A DNA stretch of 53,668 nt from a virus. Lineage: Duplodnaviria > Caudoviricetes. This document shows, piece after piece, positions 1 to 8,903 of the stretch (positions within the stretch are counted from its first letter, which is position 1; every line of letters begins with the position of its first letter). Where the stretch lies: positions 1 through 53,668 of IMG/VR virus record IMGVR_UViG_3300036546_000216. One strand, 5' to 3'. The translations under genes and the position numbers were made by a program. The notes under the pieces were generated by a model. It was not told the origin of the DNA. It saw only the letters and a program-made list of their open reading frames with translations, and ran no database searches.

Positions 1-2
1 CA

Positions 3-137
3 CGATACAATTCTGAGGTTAGGCAAGGATTGACTCCCTCTGATGATATTGTCGCTCTTGACGCTTACATACAGGCATTGAGAGATATCCCAGACCAAGC
101 TGGATTTCCTTGGAACGTGGAGTGGCCTACGTTATGA
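3..137 (+). CDS. Tail fibre assembly chaperone, C-terminal part (5' truncated)
   Basis: Hand translation ...LDAYIQALRDIPDQAGFPWNVEWPTL* matches the typical YRQALRDIP..GFP..V.WP chaperone C-terminus; stop overlaps the next ATG (ATGA). Confidence 0.7.
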   Translation, partial: RYNSEVRQGLTPSDDIVALDAYIQALRDIPDQAGFPWNVEWPTL

Positions 138-718
138 ATTACACAGACCTCTTTTCCATGAGCGGATGGCAAACCATAGGGGATGATACTCAGTATTTGA
201 TTCACGAAACAGAGAACGAGTATGTCATTGCCTTCTATGGTTCAGATTCAAAGGCAGACTGGAAAAACAATTTTGCGTTCAGAAAGAAACCCTACAAAAA
301 CATGCCTGTTCCATTCTCTGTCCATAGAGGTTTCTTGAAAGCATGGAAATTGATTAATGACCATTTCATAAACCTCGTGAAAGACATTGATAAGCCAATC
401 ACGATTATCGGGCATTCATATGGAGGGGCAATAGCTACACTCTGCATGGAAGATTTATGGTTTCATTATCCAGAAAAACGAGGGTCCTTGAAGCTCATTA
501 CGTATGGTTCTCCCAGAATCATAGGGTGGAAGAATTATTGCAAAATCAAGGATAGGTGGGAAAATTCCACCATCTACTCAAACAGGATTGATTTAGTGTC
601 TTGCTTACCACCATTCATGTTTGGATACAGGCATGTGAAAAAGAGGACGTTCCTCAAGAGCAAGCATCCAATGAGATTCAAGGAAAACCATATGATTTGG
701 AATTACGAGAAGGGATGA
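134..718 (+). CDS. Class-3 lipase (alpha/beta hydrolase)
   Basis: IAFYGS oxyanion region, VHRGF, nucleophile elbow GHSYGG, TYGSPR, DLVSCLPP, C-terminal His; ATG 134 is coupled to the upstream stop. Confidence 0.85.
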   Translation: MNYTDLFSMSGWQTIGDDTQYLIHETENEYVIAFYGSDSKADWKNNFAFRKKPYKNMPVPFSVHRGFLKAWKLINDHFINLVKDIDKPITIIGHSYGGAIATLCMEDLWFHYPEKRGSLKLITYGSPRIIGWKNYCKIKDRWENSTIYSNRIDLVSCLPPFMFGYRHVKKRTFLKSKHPMRFKENHMIWNYEKG

Positions 719-797
719 GCCATTTCCAATACCATGGAAGGGATGGTTGTAGGGAGTGGGTTTCTGATAGGTCTTTCGGCTATAGGAGGGTGATGGA

Positions 798-1664
798 TTG
801 GAAATACCGATGCTACGGCAGGTTGAGTTTACAAAAGGGCATTTCGGATTGGCACTGTTCAGTGACATTCATCTGGGTGCCACCGACATCCAGGAGGACA
901 AGCTCAAGGACGACCTGAAACGCTCGTGCGATGAGGGTAGGCGAATCCTGTTCAACGGTGATATTGTCGAGGCAATCCTACCCATGGACAAGAAACGATA
1001 TACCCCCTCAAGGGCGATGAGCCAACGGGATGATGTGCTCAACGAGATGACCTACTATGCTGTGGATTTTCTTGCCCCATACGTTGACTATATAGACCTC
1101 ATTGGCACAGGAAACCATGACGACGCTCCCATCAAATACAACGGATACGACATCGTGGGAGCAATCGTAACCCTGCTCAACACCAAGCGATCAAAGACCT
1201 TGGGCAATATCCACAGGGCTGGTTATCAGGGATATGCACGCTACTGCCTTGCAGACAACTACAAAGGCAGGCGGATGCACCACAGCACGTTCACCATCTA
1301 CCATCACCACGGCGCTGGTGGTTCGGCTCCTGTATCAAAGGGAATGATAGATATAAACCGTATCGTGTATGCCCATGATGCCGACCTCTATTGGATTGGG
1401 CACAAGCATGTGGGGACACACGACCCTTATATCATCCGTGACGGTCTCACCGTACAAGGCAATTACAAGGTGCGCAGGAGTCAGGCGGTGTTCACTCCTG
1501 GATACAAGAACGCAAGGAATATCAGCCCGAAAGAGGGTGGGTACAACTATGACTACTCAGACCATTTCTACAACATGCAGGCTTGTGGATATGCTGTTGT
1601 GGATATTTTTCAAGATACAAAGTCCAAGATGCTGAAAGAGGACTTCGAGGTGGTTTCCCGATAG
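798..1664 (+). CDS. Calcineurin-like metallophosphoesterase
   Basis: Motifs SDIHLG, NGDIVE, GNHD, HHHG, GHKH; GGAGG 8 nt before the TTG start. Confidence 0.85.
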   Translation: MEIPMLRQVEFTKGHFGLALFSDIHLGATDIQEDKLKDDLKRSCDEGRRILFNGDIVEAILPMDKKRYTPSRAMSQRDDVLNEMTYYAVDFLAPYVDYIDLIGTGNHDDAPIKYNGYDIVGAIVTLLNTKRSKTLGNIHRAGYQGYARYCLADNYKGRRMHHSTFTIYHHHGAGGSAPVSKGMIDINRIVYAHDADLYWIGHKHVGTHDPYIIRDGLTVQGNYKVRRSQAVFTPGYKNARNISPKEGGYNYDYSDHFYNMQACGYAVVDIFQDTKSKMLKEDFEVVSR

Positions 1665-1674
1665 GAGGGTAATT

Positions 1675-2076
1675 ATGATTGATTTTCTGATTGCATTGGC
1701 CGTCTCAACCGTTGGGGTGGCTTGTCTCATGGAGATGCTCAAGGCTACGGTCAACAGCATCCGAGTTGCTGTGATACGCAAGAAGGTCGGCTACGGGGCT
1801 GAGAAGGATTTCCCCGTGCCGTCCTACGTCTGGTGGATTGCCGCAGGGTTGCTGTCCATCGGTGCGACCATCCTTGCATGGAAATCGGTGCTTGCATCCG
1901 AGGAACCGGTGACAGCCCTGCTCTCCATTCTCACAAGCGGTTGGTTCCTTTCTGTTTGGATCCCGATTGTCTGGTGGGTGCAGATGCAACTCGACATGCA
2001 AGTAATCAAGAAGTACGCCGTGCCGATTCTCAAGAAGGTGCTGGCGAAGAAGCTGGAGGTGGATTATGATGATTGA
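1675..2076 (+). CDS. Membrane protein, holin candidate
   Basis: About three hydrophobic segments, charged C-terminus, good RBS, upstream of a spanin-like pair. Confidence 0.5.
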   Translation: MIDFLIALAVSTVGVACLMEMLKATVNSIRVAVIRKKVGYGAEKDFPVPSYVWWIAAGLLSIGATILAWKSVLASEEPVTALLSILTSGWFLSVWIPIVWWVQMQLDMQVIKKYAVPILKKVLAKKLEVDYDD

Positions 2077-2440
2077 CACTATATTTTTCCTCATGAGGAA
2101 TCCTTGGGTGCTGACACTGCTCCTTGCCCTCGCTGGGCTGTTGGGCATCTCTGTGCAATCCTCACGGCTGAAGAAGGCCAAGCAGAAGGTTGAGGATGAG
2201 AAAGCCCATGCAGAGTACGAGAAGCGTCTGAGACAGCAACAGCAACAGCTTGTGGCTGACTCCGAGAAAGCGAAGGAGGAATACTCCGATGAGAAGGACG
2301 AGGCGGTCGGCAGTGTCGTCCCCGAGATGGAGAAGGCTAAGGCTGTCCCCAAGGACAAGCAGAAACCCTTGGGTGAGGATATCAAGACGATGGCGAAGGC
2401 GCAGGCCGAGCGTATCGCAAAGCGGAGGGCGAAGAAATGA
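2066..2440 (+). CDS. Inner-membrane spanin (Rz-like) candidate
   Basis: One N-terminal TM helix then a charged coiled-coil; followed by a lipoprotein gene. Confidence 0.5.
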   Translation: MMIDTIFFLMRNPWVLTLLLALAGLLGISVQSSRLKKAKQKVEDEKAHAEYEKRLRQQQQQLVADSEKAKEEYSDEKDEAVGSVVPEMEKAKAVPKDKQKPLGEDIKTMAKAQAERIAKRRAKK

Positions 2441-2715
2441 GGAAAGTACTATTGGCGCTTCTCATGATATGTGCCATGTTGCTTGGCGGGTGCAAGACGG
2501 TCGAACCGGTAGTGCAGCAGAAGGTGGTAATCCCAGACCTGTCCACCATGCGGGTCGATGTCTACGAGCTATTTCCTCTCATCGCCGAACCGCAGACGGA
2601 CGCAGACCTCATGTACAATTCTCTGGTGAACGAGCTGGCAGGTGTCCTTGAGGGGGCGTATGCCGACATGCTTGAGTCACAGATTGAGGGGGTGAGGCTG
2701 ACCTTGGATGAATAG
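2437..2715 (+). CDS. Lipoprotein, outer-membrane spanin (Rz1-like) candidate
   Basis: MRK + hydrophobic core + lipobox LLGGC; ATGA overlap with the previous gene. Confidence 0.55.
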   Translation: MRKVLLALLMICAMLLGGCKTVEPVVQQKVVIPDLSTMRVDVYELFPLIAEPQTDADLMYNSLVNELAGVLEGAYADMLESQIEGVRLTLDE

Positions 2716-2761
2716 GCGTGTCCACTCCTGTCAACTATAGACTTAAAGACTCTCATCTTTT

Positions 2762-2790
2762 TCGGGTCACTTTCGGGTGGCCCGATTTCT
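2762..2790 (+). terminator. Hairpin/terminator after the lysis cassette
   Basis: TCGGGTCACT-TTCG-GGTGGCCCGA then TTTCT. Confidence 0.5.
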
Positions 2791-2937
2791 ACCCCCGAAA
2801 AAACTGATGGCAGGTTTGATGGCAAAACGCTTGACCACTGTGGTCTACACTAGTCACATGTAGACAACAAACAACCCATAAAAAACAGTTCTGTGGCGAG
2901 TCTAGACCACTTTAGTCTGCTACAGGCTAACAGGTGT

Positions 2938-2984
2938 TTACCTTCACACGGTAGAAGTCAGCAGTTCAAAACTGCTCGCGCCCA
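2938..2984 (+). other. attP: attP core: 3' half of tRNA-Val(CAC)
   Basis: Anticodon arm TTACC-TTCACAC-GGTAG, T arm AGCAG-TTCAAAA-CTGCT, acceptor 3' strand CGCGCCC-A; no D arm or 5' acceptor strand upstream; next to the integrase; TGATGGC repeats (about 2805, 2817, 3067) may be arm-type sites. Confidence 0.8.
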
Positions 2985-2985
2985 T

Positions 2986-3026
2986 AGGGTATCTAGTTAC
3001 AGTATAAGTAATTAGATACCCTTTTT
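2986..3026 (+). terminator. Intrinsic terminator downstream of the att tRNA half
   Basis: AGGGTATCTA...TAGATACCCT followed by a T run. Confidence 0.7.
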
Positions 3027-3121
3027 GTATCAAAATGCCCAAAACACGCTTTTTTGGTGAAAATTCTGATGGCTGATTGCCATATTGGAAGAGGGGGTGT
3101 ATACTTCACCTAGGAGGCAAA

Positions 3122-4516
3122 ATGATGCCAAAAAGCACCGCTGATTTTAAGTATACCGTATTCGAGCGTGAAGGGTACGGCTGGTACTTCCAGTACGGTG
3201 TCGGTGACGGCAAGAGAAGCCCCATGCTTTCGGTTAAGCGACTGGTCAAGAAGATGGGACTGGAAGGCGAATACCCGAAGCTCAAGAACAGAAAGATGTG
3301 TGAGCGCATCGTGGTGCTCGCCTACGAGCGTGGGTTCATCCGCATGAAGCGTGGCTCGAAGGAGAAGCTCGCCGACTACCTCACCGACTATTGGGATTTC
3401 AACGGACAGCGTATCAAGCGCAAGAACCGCATGGTCAACGGCAAGGGTCATGAGTCGGTATCCGAGAACTACGCATCCATCATGCAGGGGTACATCAAGA
3501 ACCATGTGGTACCGAGGCTCAAGAAGGATATGACAATCGAGGATGTCACACCTCGCTTCGTGAGGGACTTCATGCACCGTCTGGTGGACAAGGGTGAGCT
3601 TGCGAACGCAACCGTGGACAAGATCATGGTAGCATTCACCAAGCCGCTCAGGGACGCTTGGAAGGATGACATGATCCATGAGAACCCGACCAAGCTGCTT
3701 GACAGTATCGACACCACCCCGGAACGCATGAGGGGTATCCTCACCAGGAGCGAGTTCCAGAAGGTGCTCGTACTGCTCAAGGACAAAGCCACCGAGCACA
3801 CCTACCTAGCAGTCCTCCTTGCAGCCGCCACGGGCATGAGGCTTGGGGAGATTCGCGCCCTGAGAACCACCGACATCACCATCATCAACGAGACGGACTC
3901 CATCGTCACCGTCTCAAGGTCATGGTCGGTGAAGGGTGGCGAGAAAATCACCAAGGGCAAGAAAGAGCGGTTCGTACCCTGCCCCACATGGCTGGCCGAG
4001 AAGCTGGCCACCCTGGGAAGGTTGAACTCCTATGGGACGGACATGGTGTTCTGGTCGATCGTGGAGACGAAGGACAACTCGCCCGTATCATCCAACTACA
4101 TCCGTGAAACATTCTACACGTTCCTTTACGACGTCCTTGAGGAACAGGCTGGCGTGAAGGTCGGGACGATGGTGGAGGACACGGATGCAACGGAACGCGG
4201 CAGGTTCAACAAGGAGGGCAAGCCGTTGATGGTGCGTGCAGGCGAGATGATGAGGCGCGGGCGCAACATCAGCTTCCACAGCTTCCGGCACTTCTTCAAC
4301 ACGGAGGCTCAGGCACTTGGGGCTGACGGGGACAAGCTGAGGCTGACCGTCGGGCATGAGAGCAAGGCAATGACCGACAACTACACCCATGCGGAGAAAC
4401 GGCTTGATATGGTCAAGTCGATTGCGGATATTTCGCACCTCATCGTTGGTGAGGCGGAGATAATAGATGATTCGGAAGAACCTACTGAATGTAAACGTTT
4501 ACAGAAAAAGGAGTAA
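3122..4516 (+). CDS. int: Tyrosine recombinase / phage integrase
   Basis: TGMRLGEI, FHSFRH, VGH, catalytic Y in DNYTH; GGAGG before ATG 3122. Confidence 0.95.
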   Translation: MMPKSTADFKYTVFEREGYGWYFQYGVGDGKRSPMLSVKRLVKKMGLEGEYPKLKNRKMCERIVVLAYERGFIRMKRGSKEKLADYLTDYWDFNGQRIKRKNRMVNGKGHESVSENYASIMQGYIKNHVVPRLKKDMTIEDVTPRFVRDFMHRLVDKGELANATVDKIMVAFTKPLRDAWKDDMIHENPTKLLDSIDTTPERMRGILTRSEFQKVLVLLKDKATEHTYLAVLLAAATGMRLGEIRALRTTDITIINETDSIVTVSRSWSVKGGEKITKGKKERFVPCPTWLAEKLATLGRLNSYGTDMVFWSIVETKDNSPVSSNYIRETFYTFLYDVLEEQAGVKVGTMVEDTDATERGRFNKEGKPLMVRAGEMMRRGRNISFHSFRHFFNTEAQALGADGDKLRLTVGHESKAMTDNYTHAEKRLDMVKSIADISHLIVGEAEIIDDSEEPTECKRLQKKE

Positions 4517-4518
4517 GA

Positions 4519-4950
4519 GTGATGATTAGTGAAATGGTAAAAAATGAGTTGAAGAGAACTGATTTGGAATTTGGGGATTACATCGTATATCGGAAACTTA
4601 TAGCCGATGCTGATAAAATCTCTACCGAGCTTGTTGTGGTTGATGACCAGAAGAAGGCCGACGAGTACATGAAATGGTTGTTTGGTAAAGATGCAGGCAT
4701 TACAATCACGCCGTCTTATGAGCATGACAACTATATGCTCATGGAAGTTCACAGTCAATACAAGGCTGGTTATGGCAAGAGAGAATACATACCCGTTGGG
4801 CTCTTCAAGGAAAACATGTTTTGGAAAGTAATATTCAGAAAGGTTATTAAGGGGTTTATCGTTGCAGAACTTGAGAGTGAATCTGAGAGGATCCCGCTCT
4901 CTGATTTCTATGAACTCATTGCAGGACCAGATGCAGTGCTTATTAGGTGA
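4519..4950 (+). CDS. Hypothetical protein
   Basis: 143-aa ORF with RBS, more AT-rich than int. Confidence 0.6.
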   Translation: MMISEMVKNELKRTDLEFGDYIVYRKLIADADKISTELVVVDDQKKADEYMKWLFGKDAGITITPSYEHDNYMLMEVHSQYKAGYGKREYIPVGLFKENMFWKVIFRKVIKGFIVAELESESERIPLSDFYELIAGPDAVLIR

Positions 4951-4965
4951 AACGGAGGTAGTGGA

Positions 4966-5172
4966 GTGAGTATGTTCATGTGGGTATTGTTTGCATTGGC
5001 TGTTGTTTGTGGAGTGTTGTTTGCTCGTTCATGGAGAGACATGCCGTATATCGGATGGGGGAATTACGTAGGATTGTTCTTCGTAGGGTTCTTGCTGACG
5101 ATTGCGGTGGTAGGGCTAATGGTCATGTTCGGATTATTGTTCTTGTATCTAGGGGATTATACATGTCTATGA
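4966..5172 (+). CDS. Small two-TM membrane protein
   Basis: GGAGG RBS, two hydrophobic segments. Confidence 0.6.
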   Translation: MSMFMWVLFALAVVCGVLFARSWRDMPYIGWGNYVGLFFVGFLLTIAVVGLMVMFGLLFLYLGDYTCL

Positions 5173-5387
5173 CCCTCTTATGGTCTGTTTATGGCGATCA
5201 TCACACAACCTGCGCCTGTGGCTTCTCTGCTGAGGTGATTGAGTCAAAGAGGGGTTGCACGTGGGCTGTGTACGTGAAGAGGGGAATGTTCCTGGAGGAA
5301 GGATCAGCCCATTCACTCAAAGAGGCCAAGGCGATGGCTGAGGCGTCCCTTATGGGATACATATATGAAGCGGAGGGAATCGTATGA
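5169..5387 (+). CDS. Hypothetical protein
   Basis: ATGA overlaps at both ends; SLKEAK motif also seen in 7970..8515. Confidence 0.6.
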   Translation: MTLLWSVYGDHHTTCACGFSAEVIESKRGCTWAVYVKRGMFLEEGSAHSLKEAKAMAEASLMGYIYEAEGIV

Positions 5388-5776
5388 CCGAGTTGATGAA
5401 GCAATATGAAGCGGAAATGGATGAAGTGTCAACATGGACTTGGCACAATAAAGAGTTCGTAACTGACGATGTGCTTGATTGGGCATGGGAGAAAATACAA
5501 GAACTCCAAGCCGAAAACGCCCAACTCACAGAGCAAACTGTCGAGAAATTCCAAGAAATCATCCGCAACCAGTGTGATGAAATATCTGCACTGAAAGACC
5601 AACTCCGCTGGAGACCGGTGAGTGAGAAGCCGGAGAAGGATGGGTGGTATCTTTGTAAGGTTCAGTATGTTGATAATGCTATTGGCGAAGAAACGGTCCA
5701 TTTTGACGGTGAGCATTTTGTGTTCAGTAGCGTTGTCAAATGGCTCCCCATCCCACCAACACCAGAAGGAGAATAA
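5384..5776 (+). CDS. Coiled-coil protein with DUF551-like C-terminal domain
   Basis: WRPVSEKPEKDGWYL...VVKWLPIPPTP pattern. Confidence 0.65.
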   Translation: MTELMKQYEAEMDEVSTWTWHNKEFVTDDVLDWAWEKIQELQAENAQLTEQTVEKFQEIIRNQCDEISALKDQLRWRPVSEKPEKDGWYLCKVQYVDNAIGEETVHFDGEHFVFSSVVKWLPIPPTPEGE

Positions 5777-5778
5777 AG

Positions 5779-6033
5779 ATGCTAGTAGATAAAAACGGTA
5801 GGGAGATAACTGCTGGGTGTAAGGTTCTATGGGGTGATACTCTGTGTGACATAGATTGGGTAGGTGAAAGCCACAGGAAGGAGGTGCAAGAGCTTTGTGC
5901 AAAGCATATGGAAGTTGTTGACATTGATACAGAAGGGGAGTGCAACCTAAGACTTGAATGCAAAAGAACAATTCAACCGTCCCAAATTAAAGAATGGTTG
6001 AACATCTCACCACCAGCACCAGAAGGAGAGTAG
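5779..6033 (+). CDS. Hypothetical protein
   Basis: DKNGREI.G motif as in YopX-like C-termini; PPAPEGE end resembles that of the previous gene. Confidence 0.6.
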   Translation: MLVDKNGREITAGCKVLWGDTLCDIDWVGESHRKEVQELCAKHMEVVDIDTEGECNLRLECKRTIQPSQIKEWLNISPPAPEGE

Positions 6034-6036
6034 AAG

Positions 6037-6468
6037 ATGGAAAAGACTGAAATGATGAAGCGGTATGAAGCGGAGACTGGGTTCACCGATGCAATCGTCA
6101 TGGTGAAGATTGGGTTTGCAAAGCTGTATTTCCCATCACTGGCTTATGTTCAGTGGATTGAGGAACGGTTTGCCAAATCCGAAGCCAAAGCCCCAACATA
6201 CGGCAGGCTGATGAGTGGTGGAATAAAAACCCCAAATGATATTGTCAATTTTTTCGGTACACCAGGCTTAATAATCGATGATGGCGATCTGATCCTTTTA
6301 GACGATAGACCGATTGTAGATATAGGTTTTAATGAAGACGGCGAACCATACGATGATATCAGAGGAGCAAACCAGATTGGATACATTGAAGGCAAGTTCG
6401 ATGCTTCTGAGTATGAGGACGGAGTTGTTTTGCCCGATGGATGGGAGGAAGACAATGGAAAAGACTGA
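6037..6468 (+). CDS. MEKTEMMK...LPDGWEE family paralog 1
   Basis: Shares N-terminal, middle and C-terminal blocks with 6455 and 7369. Confidence 0.75.
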   Translation: MEKTEMMKRYEAETGFTDAIVMVKIGFAKLYFPSLAYVQWIEERFAKSEAKAPTYGRLMSGGIKTPNDIVNFFGTPGLIIDDGDLILLDDRPIVDIGFNEDGEPYDDIRGANQIGYIEGKFDASEYEDGVVLPDGWEEDNGKD

Positions 6469-6973
6469 AATGATGAAACAATTTGAAAAGGAAATGATTT
6501 GGTCACTAGAGCAAGCTAAAAAGGATTACAAGGAGGGAGTATTTAGAACTGCTTACATAGAATGGCTAGAGTCAAAACTAATTCAAGAAGAAACTGTAAC
6601 AATTCCAATAAATTATTACAATGAATTGCAATCGATGTTAGAAGAGCTATACAATGTAAATGATAAACTTACATTCCTTGAAGCTAAATTTTTGCAAGTA
6701 CAAGAAAAAGCTGAAGCCTATGACAGACTTATGAGTGGTGGGAAGAAAACGCTCAAGGAGTTGGCGAACATCTTCGGCATGGTTGTGGCTGTGGATATGG
6801 ATGGCGAGGCTTGGGCGTTCTCTGGGGTGCCTGTGATAGACAGGGAGATTTGGAGAAACAATGAGGCTCATTATGGGCAAGGCGCGTTTGAGATACCCAA
6901 AAAGCTGGTGGAGTTTGATGGCAACTGGAAAGATAGTCTCACACTGCCTGACGGATGGGAGGAAAAACAATGA
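6455..6973 (+). CDS. MEKTEMMK...LPDGWEE family paralog 2
   Basis: AEAYDRLMSGGKKTLKELANIFG and GNWKDSLTLPDGWEE blocks. Confidence 0.75.
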   Translation: MEKTEMMKQFEKEMIWSLEQAKKDYKEGVFRTAYIEWLESKLIQEETVTIPINYYNELQSMLEELYNVNDKLTFLEAKFLQVQEKAEAYDRLMSGGKKTLKELANIFGMVVAVDMDGEAWAFSGVPVIDREIWRNNEAHYGQGAFEIPKKLVEFDGNWKDSLTLPDGWEEKQ

Positions 6974-7203
6974 AAGAATTTAACTGTGCTGATTGTGAGT
7001 TATGTGGGAATTTGGACTCAGAAAAAGGGTGTTTGGTAGAGGCTCAATCCATCCCTTGGGGTTACGAGTGTCCAGATTTATGCGGTGATGCTGTACTACT
7101 TGATCCAAAAACACACCCGATGGAAGCACAAGCACTGATTGAAAAGATTTCGACAGCGACCAGATACCGTTCTAAGGAGGAACAGCATGGAAGAAACCAA
7201 TGA
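6970..7203 (+). CDS. Cys-rich small protein, copy 1
   Basis: MKEFNCADCELCGN...ECPDLCG; paralog at 8754. Confidence 0.65.
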   Translation: MKEFNCADCELCGNLDSEKGCLVEAQSIPWGYECPDLCGDAVLLDPKTHPMEAQALIEKISTATRYRSKEEQHGRNQ

Positions 7204-7369
7204 GATTTATGAAAAGGTTGTCTCAATTCTTGAAGAAGGTGTGAAGCCGTTGGAACAACTCTACACAGGGATGGGAGCAAAATTTAGTGTTGAGGATGTG
7301 GGAACAATAGCGGAGACGTTCTTTGCCATCTATAACAAAATGATTGATTATTACAAGGAGTTGAAGTGA
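7187..7369 (+). CDS. Hypothetical protein
   Basis: AAGGAGG RBS, coupled to the next gene. Confidence 0.6.
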   Translation: MEETNEIYEKVVSILEEGVKPLEQLYTGMGAKFSVEDVGTIAETFFAIYNKMIDYYKELK

Positions 7370-7764
7370 TGGAAAAGACTGAGATGATGAAGCGGTTTGA
7401 GGAAGAGACGGGAGGAAGAAGCACTGGAGGTTTCACCGATGGATTTCATTGTGTCGGGATTGAGGTCTGGCACTTTGAGTACATCGCATGGCTTGAAGCC
7501 AAGGCAGAAGCCTATGACAGGCTAATGAGTGATGGGAAGAAAACGCTCAAGGAACTTGCAAACATTCTCGGTAAACCTGTTGCAATCGATATAGAAAACA
7601 GGTTGTGGTGGTTTCCAAAGAAGCCGGAAATTGGGTGGACTACATGGATTTGGTACGACAATCAGTTCGGGAGTTTTGGAGAAGAACTTCCAAACGGACT
7701 CATAGCCTACACAGGCAACTGGAAAGACTCACTCACCCTGCCCGACGTATGGGAGGAAAGATGA
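7369..7764 (+). CDS. MEKTEMMK...LPDVWEE family paralog 3
   Basis: Same three conserved blocks. Confidence 0.75.
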   Translation: MEKTEMMKRFEEETGGRSTGGFTDGFHCVGIEVWHFEYIAWLEAKAEAYDRLMSDGKKTLKELANILGKPVAIDIENRLWWFPKKPEIGWTTWIWYDNQFGSFGEELPNGLIAYTGNWKDSLTLPDVWEER

Positions 7765-7973
7765 TGGACTGGGAAAGAAAATATTACAGACTCTTAGAAG
7801 ATTACAGGGACTTGGAAAGGACTGTTGAAAAACTACAAAGCTCAAACGCAAAGCTAGAAGATAAGCTATACGACTGTGAATGGAAAATTAGAAAAGAGCT
7901 TGAGCCACGAATAAAAAGAGAAGAAAGAAATTATGATGTATTCGTAACAAGTCCAGAGAGGGAGGAAGCATGA
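7761..7973 (+). CDS. Coiled-coil hypothetical protein
   Basis: ATGA overlaps at both ends. Confidence 0.6.
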   Translation: MMDWERKYYRLLEDYRDLERTVEKLQSSNAKLEDKLYDCEWKIRKELEPRIKREERNYDVFVTSPEREEA

Positions 7974-8515
7974 AAACAAAAAAACTTGACTGGGGTAAGA
8001 AGCAAGATGATGGATGTATCTATGCCGATTGTCCCCAAGGCTATTTTTGCATTGAAGTTGACGATGGATACTCGTATCAGCTTTTTAACGATGATGGGTA
8101 TCCAACAACTGATGCTGAGGGTGCGGATTCTCTCAAGGAAGCGAAGCAGCTCTGTCAGAATTGGTTGCAAGAGATGGTGGACAAAGCGATGGAGTTTGTT
8201 GAGGATCAGCCAGAGAAGCATTGTGATATAGGGACGTTTGAGCACTCAGTACAGGTTGAGTGTCCAGATTGGCTATACGAAGACAAGAGACCTTATGTTG
8301 GGATAGACCGTTGCATTATGGATGAAATAAAATACTTATGGTCTAAGGGAATTAGAACATATGGCTCATGTTGCGGTCATGGTAAATTAGTTCCTATGGT
8401 TAATGTACATGATGATGATATTCCAAAGATGCTTGAAATGGATTACATAGGTGGACTCAATAAACACGGTGCGGCGACATTTGCCCTAAAAAGTCTAAAC
8501 GGATGGGAGGGGTAA
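7970..8515 (+). CDS. Two-domain hypothetical protein with SCCGHG motif
   Basis: C-terminal IDRCIMDEIKYLWSKGIRTYGSCCGHG; ends in the GWEG linker. Confidence 0.65.
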   Translation: MKTKKLDWGKKQDDGCIYADCPQGYFCIEVDDGYSYQLFNDDGYPTTDAEGADSLKEAKQLCQNWLQEMVDKAMEFVEDQPEKHCDIGTFEHSVQVECPDWLYEDKRPYVGIDRCIMDEIKYLWSKGIRTYGSCCGHGKLVPMVNVHDDDIPKMLEMDYIGGLNKHGAATFALKSLNGWEG

Positions 8516-8757
8516 TGCGTAAAAGAACAATGCAAGAGATAGCGGATTTCTTCGGATGTGCGGTAGCGCAGGACAAAGGTGCTCCACGCAGAAGGGGTGA
8601 TGTGCACCTATATAAACCTGATGAACCGATTGTGCGGAAAGTGCGTGGTAGGTTTATTGGTTCAGAATACGGAAGGCTGAACCCAGACCTGGTGGACAGC
8701 AAGAGTGTTTGGAGCAATAGCCTCACCCTGCCGGATGGATGGGAGGAAGCAAAGTGA
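8515..8757 (+). CDS. LPDGWEE family member (C-terminal module only)
   Basis: TMQEIADFFG resembles TLKELANIFG; ends SLTLPDGWEE. Confidence 0.7.
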   Translation: MRKRTMQEIADFFGCAVAQDKGAPRRRGDVHLYKPDEPIVRKVRGRFIGSEYGRLNPDLVDSKSVWSNSLTLPDGWEEAK

Positions 8758-8903
8758 AAGAGTTCTGTTGCGCAGATTGCGAGTTATGCGGGAATTGGGA
8801 TCCAGAGAGGGGGTGTTTGGTAGGGGCGCAATCCATTCCTTGGGACTATGAGTGCCCAGATTTTTGTGGTCATGATTCGACCGATGGATGGGAGGACAAG
8901 TAA
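8754..8903 (+). CDS. Cys-rich small protein, copy 2 (49 aa, not in ORF track)
   Basis: Hand translation MKEFCCADCELCGNWDPERGCLVGAQSIPWDYECPDFCGHDSTDGWEDK. Confidence 0.65.
   Translation: MKEFCCADCELCGNWDPERGCLVGAQSIPWDYECPDFCGHDSTDGWEDK

Noticed and set aside
601-918. Separate ORF overlapping the lipase and phosphoesterase
   Set aside because: Overlaps two motif-supported genes and has no recognisable features, although an ATG at 715 is coupled to the lipase stop.
2900-2984. Complete tRNA-Val gene
   Set aside because: No 5' acceptor strand (GGGCGCG) or D arm upstream; treated as the att core.
5384-8903. Diversity-generating retroelement (TR/VR pair)
   Set aside because: No reverse transcriptase in the window; differences between repeats are not adenine-specific and all copies are coding.
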